Assembly (NCBI GenBank): GCA_041571435.1
Contig: JBFFUI010000002.1
Coordinates: forward strand, 76,266 to 140,265
From: Sulfurimonadaceae bacterium
GTDB taxonomy: Bacteria; Campylobacterota; Campylobacteria; Campylobacterales; Sulfurimonadaceae
Direction of reading: 5' to 3'
Length of the DNA stretch: 64,000 bases
The notes below the pieces were generated by a model that saw only the letters and a program-made list of their open reading frames with translations, searched no databases and was not told where the DNA came from. The position numbers were made by a program, and so were the translations under genes. Of the stretch, positions 51,438 through 60,869 are shown piece after piece; positions within the stretch are counted from its first letter, which is position 1; every line of letters begins with the position of its first letter.

Positions 51438-52712
51438 ATGATGAAAAAAATGACTAAAAACGTACTATTGTTCTCAACAGTCTTACTGCTGACCGTGGCA
51501 GAGTCCGCTTATGCTCAACCCGGATTTTCACGCCAGACGGGTAAAGAGTGCAGCGCATGTCACGTCCAGAACATGCCGAAACTCAACAGCTACGGTCGCC
51601 ACTTTGCCCGTTCAGGCTATACGCTTTATGACACCGAAAATGAGCTGCAGTCTGCAATAGAGGGCTCAGACATGCCGTTGAGCCTGCCAGGCGTCTTGAA
51701 TGCTTCGGCTGTCTTGAAAGCGCGCTACAGCAAAGTCGAATCGGTGCGTGGCGAGGTCAATGTCCTCAATGGTACAGGCCTCTACTTCGGTGGACGGTTT
51801 GCCGAAAATGTGGGTGGTCTTGTTGCATTGACTGGTGATCCGTCTGAAGATCGCGATGTTGTTTTTGGGGCAAAGATGATACTCTCTTTTGCGTCGCTCA
51901 ACGGCTATAGCGGTCTTTCGCTCTACTCAACACAGACGAACGGGATCTTCACGGGTATGGAGAACTATAACACCGGTCTCTACGCACCGCTGAAACAATT
52001 TGAGTTCGCAAACGTCACCAATGCCGCACAGGCGACTGCCCTTGGCCGCGGTCCGGCAACCGGTATTCAAGCCTATTACGGTGATGATCATTTTCTGATG
52101 ACCCTTGGAGCGGCTATTCCGTCACAGAACAGTGAGGGGATCGATGCCGGCGGCAGTCTTCTTCCTTTCGGACGTATCGCCTATAATCAGCCGATAGGCG
52201 GGTGGGACCTTATGCTCGGTGCATACGGTTTTTCCGGTGATGTCAAAGCAAGCAATCTAAGTCTTGACGGTGGTGCAATTGACCGCAGTGGCGAACTTGT
52301 GACTGTGCATAAAGAAGGGTATGGTCTGGACTTTGAAGCCTCAGGGTCGATCGCCGATATGATGACCATGACGACGATCAACGTCGTACTCAAAAACAGT
52401 GTTTCAACAGACCTCAATGTCAGCAGCGACAGCCTACAGCAGACCGACAATCAGGGCGCATCGATTGAGTTCCAAATCAACCCTGTTACACCGTTTGGCA
52501 TCAAGCTCGCTTATCTGACCTACAAAAGCAATGATACAAAAGAGGGATTGGAATTTGTCCGTTCCTATGACTTTGATGCCCCTTCAGTCGGGATAAACTA
52601 CCTTTTCCGTCAAAACATCAATATCGATCTTCAATACACATACAACGATATAAGAGCCGAAGAGATGGCCGATTTTTACGAGCTGTACCTCTCTGCTGTC
52701 ATAGCCTTTTAG
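51438..52712 (+). CDS. Cyc2-like cytochrome c-porin fusion (copy 2)
   Basis: AQPGFSRQTGKECSACH...PKLNSYGRHF..SGY; barrel ending AVIAF. Confidence 0.85.
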   Translation: MMKKMTKNVLLFSTVLLLTVAESAYAQPGFSRQTGKECSACHVQNMPKLNSYGRHFARSGYTLYDTENELQSAIEGSDMPLSLPGVLNASAVLKARYSKVESVRGEVNVLNGTGLYFGGRFAENVGGLVALTGDPSEDRDVVFGAKMILSFASLNGYSGLSLYSTQTNGIFTGMENYNTGLYAPLKQFEFANVTNAAQATALGRGPATGIQAYYGDDHFLMTLGAAIPSQNSEGIDAGGSLLPFGRIAYNQPIGGWDLMLGAYGFSGDVKASNLSLDGGAIDRSGELVTVHKEGYGLDFEASGSIADMMTMTTINVVLKNSVSTDLNVSSDSLQQTDNQGASIEFQINPVTPFGIKLAYLTYKSNDTKEGLEFVRSYDFDAPSVGINYLFRQNINIDLQYTYNDIRAEEMADFYELYLSAVIAF

Positions 52713-52800
52713 TGCCGTTGGGAGCGGGTTTCCCTTCTGCTAACACACCGCTTACACTCCCTGTGTTATAATATTTACAACTTCACAAAAAGGGTTAAAA

Positions 52801-53133
52801 ATGAACAAGCTTCTATTTACAGTCTCAGCAGGACTGCTTCTTACTATTGGTGCACAAGGTGCAGAGCAGACCCCTACTAAACTGCAGCAAAAAACCATGA
52901 CACAGCAAAAAACAGGTAATGGCGGCGGTGGTCAAGGTAAAAAGCAGATCAAACACCTATACAAATATCAAAACCAATACAAATACCAGGGTACAAATGG
53001 TCAAGGTAGTGGACAAGGTGCAGGCAGTGGGACAGCCCAAGGCGGCGGTAAGGGCCAGGGTTACGGCAAAGGCCAGGGAGGCGGAAAGTCGGCTAACGCA
53101 GGTGGCGGTGGCGGTAGCGGCAAAGGCCGTTAA
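52801..53133 (+). CDS. Small secreted Gly/Gln-rich protein
   Basis: Signal peptide, YKYQNQYKYQ, GQG/GGG repeats; TGTTATAAT promoter upstream. Confidence 0.75.
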   Translation: MNKLLFTVSAGLLLTIGAQGAEQTPTKLQQKTMTQQKTGNGGGGQGKKQIKHLYKYQNQYKYQGTNGQGSGQGAGSGTAQGGGKGQGYGKGQGGGKSANAGGGGGSGKGR

Positions 53134-53137
53134 CCAA

Positions 53138-53173
53138 ACATCTTCAGTCAGAGATATTCCTGACTGAAGATGT
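53138..53173. terminator. Bidirectional hairpin between convergent genes
   Basis: Perfect 14-bp stem ACATCTTCAGTCAG / CTGACTGAAGATGT. Confidence 0.7.
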
Positions 53174-53181
53174 CCCACTGT

Positions 53182-53952
53182 TTAATGGATGACCGTTAGT
53201 TTATTATGCAGTTCTATTTTGGAACAGACGCCATACTTTCTGAATATATTTTTCATATGTGTTTTAACCGTATTGAGAGAGATATTCAGCTCTTGCGCAA
53301 TCTCTTTATGTGACTTCCCCTGCAGAACACGCTGTGTAACCTCTTTCTCTTTTCCCGTCAACCGTTTCATCATATTATCGATCTGGACACATCTTACACG
53401 GAGGATATGTCTGTCGTCATCGTAGAGAAGGCGGGTAAGAAGCTCAAATATCTCGGTCAGATGCGAAATGTCCCCGGTCTTATTCTTGCTCCCTGTAAAG
53501 AGGTAGATGATCAAACCGATCCGTCTGCCGGCCTTGTTTCGTATCGGCGTTAATAGTGCATGATCAAACCCCAGCTCCTTTTCAAACTCGGCCGTTTTTT
53601 TCTTTGAGAGGTGGCCATCAAAAAGATTATGAAGACTTTCGACCTTGACCTGGGTTTGTGACGCTGTAAAATGCGAGTTGCATTGCTGAAGAAACCTATC
53701 GAGCTCCAGATGTTTGGCCGAAAGTTTATACTTGCTTAACAGAGAGAGGAACTTGAACTTCTCTTCCAGGATCAGTTCAATATCGGCCCCACCTTCATTC
53801 TCAAGACAGACGGCAATAACATTGGCTCCGCTCTCTTCCAAAAAGAACTGGGTCTCTTGACGCAAAATTGTTTTGAGACTATACCCTTCGATAATAGCGG
53901 ATTGCAGAGAGATGATTTTTTGCAGAAGTGCGGTATCAGTGATCGTCATCAT
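53182..53952 (-). CDS. LuxR/GerE-type HTH regulator with N-terminal GAF-like sensor
   Basis: LTGKEKEV..GKSHKEIAQELNISLNTVKTHMKNIFRK; no receiver Asp motif in the N-terminus. Confidence 0.88.
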   Translation of the reverse strand: MMTITDTALLQKIISLQSAIIEGYSLKTILRQETQFFLEESGANVIAVCLENEGGADIELILEEKFKFLSLLSKYKLSAKHLELDRFLQQCNSHFTASQTQVKVESLHNLFDGHLSKKKTAEFEKELGFDHALLTPIRNKAGRRIGLIIYLFTGSKNKTGDISHLTEIFELLTRLLYDDDRHILRVRCVQIDNMMKRLTGKEKEVTQRVLQGKSHKEIAQELNISLNTVKTHMKNIFRKYGVCSKIELHNKLTVIH

Positions 53953-54079
53953 AAATACTTTCTTGAGATTAGTTCCTATATCATAACTGTTTCAGCCCAA
54001 TATAACCCTAAAAGGTGATAATATAGGTACTCATTCTGCCAGGTTCTTTTACCCTGTAAGAAGGAAGGAGCGTCTCTGT

Positions 54080-54622
54080 ATGCTGTGGTTTGTACTGCGT
54101 TATGCTATCTGGTCTCTGCTGCTTTTCGCACTTATCTTTTTTGAGACGTACTCGCCGTTTTACTTCATCAACGGGCTTCAGACCGATGCCACCATCTATA
54201 TCACCGGGCTCTGGATAACGTTCATGGATATTCCTGTCACGCTTTCCGGCAACAGCCTCATCTTCGAACACGGCATGCATCTTTTGATCCTGAATGAGTG
54301 CAATGGTCTCACACCCTTGCTGCTCTATCTCGCGGCCATTCTTGCCTATCCGACTCGCTACCGTATCAAGATCAAATGGTTTTTTGGCGGCATGATCGTG
54401 TTATTGACACTCAACATGGTGCGCATCGTCCTGATCACACTGCTCGTCATCGACTACCCTGACAGTTTTGAGTTTGCACACAATTTTGTCGGCCGCTACA
54501 CCATCGGCGTTGTAACGCTCTACCTGTTTTACTTCTTTACCACACACGTCACCACATGTACCCCTTACGGTATTATCCTCAATGGAAAAAACTGCCACAG
54601 CAAGCCTTCTATGAAAAAATAG
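54080..54622 (+). CDS. Exosortase/archaeosortase family protein (short, XrtH-like)
   Basis: Multi-TM; ECNG (Cys), NMVR (Arg), FAHN (His) triad. Confidence 0.88.
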   Translation: MLWFVLRYAIWSLLLFALIFFETYSPFYFINGLQTDATIYITGLWITFMDIPVTLSGNSLIFEHGMHLLILNECNGLTPLLLYLAAILAYPTRYRIKIKWFFGGMIVLLTLNMVRIVLITLLVIDYPDSFEFAHNFVGRYTIGVVTLYLFYFFTTHVTTCTPYGIILNGKNCHSKPSMKK

Positions 54623-54703
54623 CACGTCTCCTTAATCCCTGAAACAGGCGTTTTGCACCATTATGCTATAATCATCAAAACTAATATCTATAATGAGCGA
54701 AAC

Positions 54704-56800
54704 GTGATCAATTTAAAAGACCCAAAATACTATAACAATCGTGAGATTTCATGGCTTCAATTTAATACCCGTGTACTTAAACAGGCGCAGGATGAATCAC
54801 AACCACTGCTTGAACGCCTTAAATTTCTGGCTATCTACGGTACCAATCTTGACGAGTTCTATATGATCCGTGTTGCCGGTCTTAAAAAACTCTTCTCTGC
54901 CGGGGTGATGGTCTCAGGTGCCGATCGTCTGACCCCTATGCAGCAGCTGCGTGAGATCCGTAAGTATCTGCATCAGGAACTTCAGGTCGTCGAATACACC
55001 CTCTCCGAGATCTTTAAAAAACTGGAAAAAGAGGGTATCTTCGTCCGTTCGTTCAAAGAGGTCAACCAGCAGCAGAAGTATCAGCTCAACCGTTACTTCA
55101 CAGAGCAGATCTACCCGGTTATCGTTCCTATCGCTGTCGATGCGACCCACCCCTTCCCGCATCTGAACAACCTCAGCTTCGGTCTGATCGTCAAACTTAT
55201 AGACCTGGACAATCAAGAGGTAGAACGAAACGGGATCGTCCGTATTCCACGTGTACTGCCCCGTTTTATCGAGCTTGAAAGCGGTACCTACGTCCCGATA
55301 GAGAGTGTCGTCGCCGAACATATCAGCGATCTTTTCCCGGGGTATACTCTCCGGGATCATGTTCCTTTCCGTGTCACCCGCAATGCCGATATTACCATCG
55401 AAGAGGAAGAGGCTGATGACTTTATGGAGATACTGGAAGAGGGTCTGCGTCTTCGTAAAAAAGGGGAATTGGTCCGTCTTGAGTTGGGTCAGGAGAGCAA
55501 TCCTGACCTGCTTAACTTTTTTAACCGCCACACCAATATCTATAAAGATGACATCTACCGTTTCTCAAGTATTCTCAACCTGGGCAGCCTTTGGCAGATC
55601 GTCGGCAGCAAAGACTTTGCCCATTTGACAACACCGCCTTTTAAACCGCGCCTCTTACCGCCGTTTGATAGCAACGAGAACATCTTCAGCATCCTCGATA
55701 AACAGGATGCACTGTTGTATCACCCTTATGAAAGTTTTGAACCGGTCGTCAAACTTATCCAGACCGCCGCCAAGGACCCGGACGTTGTCTCCATCAAGAT
55801 GACACTGTACCGTTCAGGTACCAACTCGCCTATTGTCAACGCTCTGATGCAGGCCGCCGAGATGGGGAAACAGGTTACGACGATGGTCGAGCTCAAAGCC
55901 CGTTTTGATGAGGAGAACAATCTTATCTGGGCAAAAGCCCTCGAAAATGCCGGCGCCCATGTTATCTACGGGATCCCCGGCTTTAAAGTCCATGCAAAGG
56001 CGACCCTGATCACCCGACGCGTTGATAATGGTCTCAAACAGTATGCCCACCTTGCAACCGGAAACTACAACCCACAGACCGCCAAGATCTATACCGATAC
56101 TTCATACATGACCAGTAACGAAGAGATCACCAATGACCTGACCCGTTTTTTTCATTTTCTGACCGGCTTCAGTAAAAAAGGGAAGCTTAACAAGCTCTAC
56201 ATGTCACCGACGCAGATCAAACCCAAGATCCTCTCGATGATCCAGAACGAAGCAAAAAAAGGGAGTGAAGGCCAGATCATCGCCAAGGTCAACTCACTGG
56301 TTGACGAAGATGTTATCCGCGGGCTCTACAAGGCATCGCAGGCAGGGGTGAAGATAGAGCTTATCGTTCGTGGTATCTGCTGTCTGAAGCCAGGTATAGC
56401 CGGTGTCAGTGACAATATCCGCGTCATCTCCGTCATCGGTAAATACCTTGAACATGCCCGGGTCTTCTATTTCAAACACGCTACCCCGAAGTTATTCATC
56501 TCAAGTGCTGACTGGATGCCACGTAACCTCGTCCGACGTATTGAGCTCTTAAGCGGGATAGACGACATTGCCAGTGCCGATAAACTGCTCAACATGTTAC
56601 AGCTTCAGATCTCTGACAATGTACTCGCCCATGAGTTGCAGAGTGATGGCTGCTACCATAAGATCAAAAGCGAGAAGAGCAAAATCATCAATAATCAGAA
56701 GCTATTTGAAAGCCACGCCAACAAAGTCTATAAGTCAATCAAAAAAGAGACGCCGAACTATGTTCAGAACCTGGCGACACGACTGTTTAAAGAGAGCTAG
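54704..56800 (+). CDS. ppk1: Polyphosphate kinase 1
   Basis: NREISWLQFN, NLDEFYMIRV, HPYESF, ELKARFDE, SSADWMPRN; start uncertain (GTG 54704 assumed). Confidence 0.97.
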   Translation: MINLKDPKYYNNREISWLQFNTRVLKQAQDESQPLLERLKFLAIYGTNLDEFYMIRVAGLKKLFSAGVMVSGADRLTPMQQLREIRKYLHQELQVVEYTLSEIFKKLEKEGIFVRSFKEVNQQQKYQLNRYFTEQIYPVIVPIAVDATHPFPHLNNLSFGLIVKLIDLDNQEVERNGIVRIPRVLPRFIELESGTYVPIESVVAEHISDLFPGYTLRDHVPFRVTRNADITIEEEEADDFMEILEEGLRLRKKGELVRLELGQESNPDLLNFFNRHTNIYKDDIYRFSSILNLGSLWQIVGSKDFAHLTTPPFKPRLLPPFDSNENIFSILDKQDALLYHPYESFEPVVKLIQTAAKDPDVVSIKMTLYRSGTNSPIVNALMQAAEMGKQVTTMVELKARFDEENNLIWAKALENAGAHVIYGIPGFKVHAKATLITRRVDNGLKQYAHLATGNYNPQTAKIYTDTSYMTSNEEITNDLTRFFHFLTGFSKKGKLNKLYMSPTQIKPKILSMIQNEAKKGSEGQIIAKVNSLVDEDVIRGLYKASQAGVKIELIVRGICCLKPGIAGVSDNIRVISVIGKYLEHARVFYFKHATPKLFISSADWMPRNLVRRIELLSGIDDIASADKLLNMLQLQISDNVLAHELQSDGCYHKIKSEKSKIINNQKLFESHANKVYKSIKKETPNYVQNLATRLFKES

Positions 56801-56821
56801 AGCTCAACGTAAAGGATCGAC

Positions 56822-57352
56822 ATGATTTACCCCTATAAAGAGTGGACACCGCAGCTAGGTACCAACAGCTGGATCGCACCCTCGGCCGATGTTGTCGGTA
56901 ACGTCAAGATGGGTGAAGAGTGCTCCATCTGGTTCGGCTGCGTCGTTCGCGGCGATGTACACTACATCACCATCGGCGATCGTACCAATATCCAAGACCT
57001 GAGTATGATCCACGTCACCCACTACAAAAAAGCGGACATGAGTGACGGTAACCCTACGATCATCGGTTCCGATGTCACCATCGGCCACCGGGTAATGATG
57101 CATGGTTGCACGATCGAGGATGCCTGCCTTATCGGTATGAGTGCTACCATTCTGGACGGCGCAGTCATCGGCAAAGAGTCGATTGTCGGTGCCGGTTCTC
57201 TGGTCACCAAGAACAAAGTCTTTCCCCCACGTTCACTCATCATGGGGAGTCCTGCCAAAGTCGTACGGACACTTGATGATGACGAGGTCAAAGAGCTCTA
57301 TGCGTCGGCAGCACGTTATGCAGAGTTTAAAAAAGAGTATATAAACATCTAA
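56822..57352 (+). CDS. Gamma carbonic anhydrase family protein
   Basis: Hexapeptide repeats, RGDV, NIQD..IH, GH..MHGC. Confidence 0.92.
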   Translation: MIYPYKEWTPQLGTNSWIAPSADVVGNVKMGEECSIWFGCVVRGDVHYITIGDRTNIQDLSMIHVTHYKKADMSDGNPTIIGSDVTIGHRVMMHGCTIEDACLIGMSATILDGAVIGKESIVGAGSLVTKNKVFPPRSLIMGSPAKVVRTLDDDEVKELYASAARYAEFKKEYINI

Positions 57353-57354
57353 AG

Positions 57355-57963
57355 ATGGATATCTTTCTACTCACGGATATTATTGGGATTATGGCCTTTA
57401 GTCTCAGTGGTTTTTTGGTGGGTGTACGTAACAGGCTTGACCTTTTAGGTGTGGTTATCGCTGCATCGCTTACTGCCTTGGGTGGAGGTATCTTACGCGA
57501 TGCCCTTCTTCAGCGCACGCCCTTCGCTTTTAGCGAATACTATCCGGCTATTACACTGCTTGTAACGATCATCATCGCTTTCTCGTTCCGGTCCCTGCGT
57601 TCAGAGACGATAGAACACAGATGGCTTTTTGTCGTCAGCGACACCGTCGGACTCGTCGCATTTAGTATCACAGGAGCTCTTCTCGCCATTCATGCAGACT
57701 TTAATGTCTTCGGCGTACTGATACTGAGTTTTTTGACTGCAGTCGGCGGCGGGGTAACGAGGGATATTATGATCAACCAGGTTCCTACGGTACTTGTCAG
57801 TGACTTCTACGGTTCTATTGCCGTCATGGTGGCGTTACTGCTGTCGGGGGTCAACGCTCTTGGTCTCATGTCAGGTATCGCCGTTTTGAGTGTCGGTATC
57901 ATCGGCGTCATAATCCGCCTCGTAGCCTATAAACAGCAATGGCACCTGCCAAAAATAAGTTAA
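57355..57963 (+). CDS. TRIC channel family (YadS-like) membrane protein
   Basis: Duplicated GGG..RD motifs. Confidence 0.9.
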   Translation: MDIFLLTDIIGIMAFSLSGFLVGVRNRLDLLGVVIAASLTALGGGILRDALLQRTPFAFSEYYPAITLLVTIIIAFSFRSLRSETIEHRWLFVVSDTVGLVAFSITGALLAIHADFNVFGVLILSFLTAVGGGVTRDIMINQVPTVLVSDFYGSIAVMVALLLSGVNALGLMSGIAVLSVGIIGVIIRLVAYKQQWHLPKIS

Positions 57964-58011
57964 AAATTAAGAAAGATGGCAAAGCTCATCTAAACCAATT
58001 CTTGAACAGGA

Positions 58012-58137
58012 AAAAGTTTCAGAGTCGGTGTAGATTGTGCTGGATGTGAATCCGAAGACGCACTAGTGTGCGTCGAGAGGTGAACTCCAGCGCAAGACAG
58101 CCAAGGGGCTGGTCCCTGCGCCGAAGCTGGAACTTTT
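58012..58137. repeat. Long imperfect palindromic intergenic element
   Basis: Nested inverted repeats AAAAGTTTCAG/CTGGAACTTTT, TTGTGCTGGA/TCCAGCGCAA, GACGCAC/GTGCGTC. Confidence 0.6.
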
Positions 58138-59317
58138 AGGTACGGTAGTCGGCGTTTATTTTTACGTACTCGTTGCCGAGATCGCAGCCATATGCTCTGA
58201 AACTGCCGCCGCCGATACCCAGGTCAACATTGATGGTAAAGGCGTCACGCTTCATGATCTCAGCCGCTCTGAGCTCCACTTCATCATTAAAGAGGTTGAC
58301 GCCCTCTTTAAACAGAAGAACATCTTCGTAAGCGATCGTCAGCTTCCCTTCATCACATACCGCGCCGCTGGCGCCGACCGACATTGCGATACGGCCCCAG
58401 TTTGGATCTTCGCCGAAAAGCGCTGTTTTGATCAAAAGTGAGTTGGACAAAGTCTTGGCCACTTTCTCGGCTTCCGCATTGCTATAGGCACCTGTGACAT
58501 GGTAGGTAACAAGTTTCGTCGCCCCCTCGCCGTCACGGACTAACTCTTTGGCCAGAAAATCCATGACCATAAACAGCGCCTCTTCGAAAGCATCGTCGTC
58601 ATGACAGACGGCACGTCCGTTAGACATCAGGAAAACAGTATCATTCGTCGACGTATCGCCATCAACACTTGCCGCATTGAATGTCTTAGCGTTGACACGT
58701 TCCAGGATCTCCTGCATAGTAATATAGTTGATCTGAGCGTCGGTTGTGATATAACATAGCATCGTTGCCATCGCCGGGTTGATCATACCTGCACCCTTGG
58801 CCATTGCACCGATCGTAAAAATCTTGCCGTCTTCAAGTTCAACATCCACGGCGATCTCTTTGGAAAAACGGTCGGTTGTCATGATCGCCTCCGCAGCGGC
58901 ATGCGGGTTTTTGACACTGAGATCAAACTTCTTTGCCCCCGCAACGATCTTATCTTTTGGAAGGCGCACACCGATAACACCCGTTGAACTCATCAAGGGA
59001 TTGATAAGACCGCTCTTTTGCTGCTTCACACTCTCCAGGATCTCTTCAAGGTCAGCCATCCCCGGCTTACCGGTCATCGCATTGGCATTCTTGGAGTTGA
59101 TCATCACAAAGTTGGTCTGTTTGACCCCTTTTGCATGATGGATAGGTGCCGCAGCCATCTTATTGGTCGTCAATACTGAAGCCAATGCACAGACCGTGTC
59201 ACTGTAGACAAAGGCCATATCTTTTGCGCCGTTGGGTTTTAATCCTGCCGCAATTCCGTCTGCATAAAAACCGAGGGGTGCACAGACCCCTTCACTGTTA
59301 CTGGTGATCTTATACAT
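58136..59317 (-). CDS. argJ: Bifunctional ornithine acetyltransferase
   Basis: KGAGMINPAMATML, DGDTSTND, DGEGATK, DPNWGRI, INADYRT. Confidence 0.97.
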   Translation of the reverse strand: MYKITSNSEGVCAPLGFYADGIAAGLKPNGAKDMAFVYSDTVCALASVLTTNKMAAAPIHHAKGVKQTNFVMINSKNANAMTGKPGMADLEEILESVKQQKSGLINPLMSSTGVIGVRLPKDKIVAGAKKFDLSVKNPHAAAEAIMTTDRFSKEIAVDVELEDGKIFTIGAMAKGAGMINPAMATMLCYITTDAQINYITMQEILERVNAKTFNAASVDGDTSTNDTVFLMSNGRAVCHDDDAFEEALFMVMDFLAKELVRDGEGATKLVTYHVTGAYSNAEAEKVAKTLSNSLLIKTALFGEDPNWGRIAMSVGASGAVCDEGKLTIAYEDVLLFKEGVNLFNDEVELRAAEIMKRDAFTINVDLGIGGGSFRAYGCDLGNEYVKINADYRT

Positions 59318-60440
59318 ATTTCAATTCCTCTGGTTTTTGACGTTTCAGGACAATACCCTTGGTAATATTGATCCCTCTTTGTGTCCCTATCACAAGCAGT
59401 TTTGATTCGCTGGTAACCAGCTTGTTTCCATCCGGCATCGGCACAAATTTCCCATCTTTTTTTGTCATACCGACAACAGCTACGTTCGCGATCTGTCTCA
59501 AATGGGTCTCTTTGAGTTTACGCAGTACGATCCAGCTGTATTTCGGTACATATACCTCTTCCATATCAAGCGGCGTGTCTGTCTTGTAGAGAAACTCTTC
59601 CAGAAGGTTTTCCATGTCCGGACGTGCTGCCATGGCGGTAATGCGCTGTGCCGTCAACTTGGTTGCCGAAACGACCGTATCGGCACCCAACTTTTTAAGT
59701 TTGCTGACATCACTCTCTGTCTCGGCGGCCGAGATCACATTGTATGGTTTTGGTATAAAGTGCTCTTTTTCAAAAAGGCGTACCGATGCGATGATCGCAA
59801 TGTTATCAGCAATAGAGTTTGACAGCGTAATCATACCATCAGCTGAGCTCAAATGTGATTTCAGCATCGCCTGTTCCGTATGCGGTTCGTCCTGAATATA
59901 ATAGGGGTACTTGAACTTCTCGGCGATCTCTTCCATATCTTCACGTGGATCGACCACCACAAAAGGAATGTGATTGGCACGAAGCTGCTGCGTTACCTCA
60001 ATGGTGTAGTCATTATGATAACAGACGACAAAATGTTTTTTAAGCCGCGCGATTTTATACAACATACTGCGCTCCTTTATCGTGTTGAGTAGATGGCCCC
60101 GATTCAACTCAGTGACCATAATACCGACTGCCATAGAAAATACGGCAAAACCGGTAATAATAAGGGTGATCGTAAAGATCCGTCCTGCATTCGAAATAGG
60201 TGCGATCTCTCCGAAGCCGACAGTGGTGAATGTCACACCGGTCTGATAGATCGCGTCCATAAGGGAAAAGTCATCGATGATAATATAGCCGATGGTACCG
60301 ATCAGCATCGTCATGACGGTAAATACTATGGGTAGACGGAAAGCGTGAAGATTAGAATAAAAATCGGGTAATATAGATGGGTCTGGTTTGGGAGATTCCT
60401 CCCAGTGTAGAAAGTTTCGAAGCCTGGTTCGCAGGTTCAA
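59310..60440 (-). CDS. Potassium channel with RCK (TrkA-N/C) domains
   Basis: TTVGFGE selectivity filter, two TM helices, RCK domains. Confidence 0.9.
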   Translation of the reverse strand: MNLRTRLRNFLHWEESPKPDPSILPDFYSNLHAFRLPIVFTVMTMLIGTIGYIIIDDFSLMDAIYQTGVTFTTVGFGEIAPISNAGRIFTITLIITGFAVFSMAVGIMVTELNRGHLLNTIKERSMLYKIARLKKHFVVCYHNDYTIEVTQQLRANHIPFVVVDPREDMEEIAEKFKYPYYIQDEPHTEQAMLKSHLSSADGMITLSNSIADNIAIIASVRLFEKEHFIPKPYNVISAAETESDVSKLKKLGADTVVSATKLTAQRITAMAARPDMENLLEEFLYKTDTPLDMEEVYVPKYSWIVLRKLKETHLRQIANVAVVGMTKKDGKFVPMPDGNKLVTSESKLLVIGTQRGINITKGIVLKRQKPEELKYV

Positions 60441-60456
60441 GCTATAACCTTATCGG

Positions 60457-60645
60457 TTACGAGTTCTTCTTAAGTGTGCGAAGCTCTTTTGCAGAAATTC
60501 TGATCTTTTTAGTTGTACCGTCTTCTAGTGTGACACGTACTGTTCTAAGGTTTGGCAAAAAACGACGTTTAGTTCTGTTTTTTGCATGAGATACATTATT
60601 TCCAGCCATTGGGCCTTTACCACTGATTGCACATTTTCTTGCCAT
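60457..60645 (-). CDS. rpmB: 50S ribosomal protein L28
   Basis: [19 protein letters not shown]. Confidence 0.98.
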   Translation of the reverse strand: MARKCAISGKGPMAGNNVSHAKNRTKRRFLPNLRTVRVTLEDGTTKKIRISAKELRTLKKNS

Positions 60646-60869
60646 AGGGTATCCTTGCGTAATTTTTTAAGTTGCGCATTGTATCTTTATGAAGCAAAAA
60701 ATGAGCTTAATAAATAAATGGACAAACTTTCATTGTTGTTTATGTTCTGATTATAACATAATTTTTTCTTCATTTTACGTCATCTGAACCTATCGCAAAT
60801 GAAAAGTGCACCGTGCAGATAATGCAAAACTATGTTAAAATTACAAAAAACAGTAAAGAAGCCCTTAAT

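Noticed and set aside
52915-53130. Tandem repeat or CRISPR-like array
   Set aside because: The repetitiveness is explained by Gly/Gln codons; no regularly spaced direct repeats with spacers were seen anywhere in the window.
58012-58137. SRP RNA (ffs) or 6S RNA
   Set aside because: No SRP domain IV CAGG..GGAA..AGCAG motif on either strand, and it is too short for a typical 6S RNA; kept only as an unexplained palindrome.
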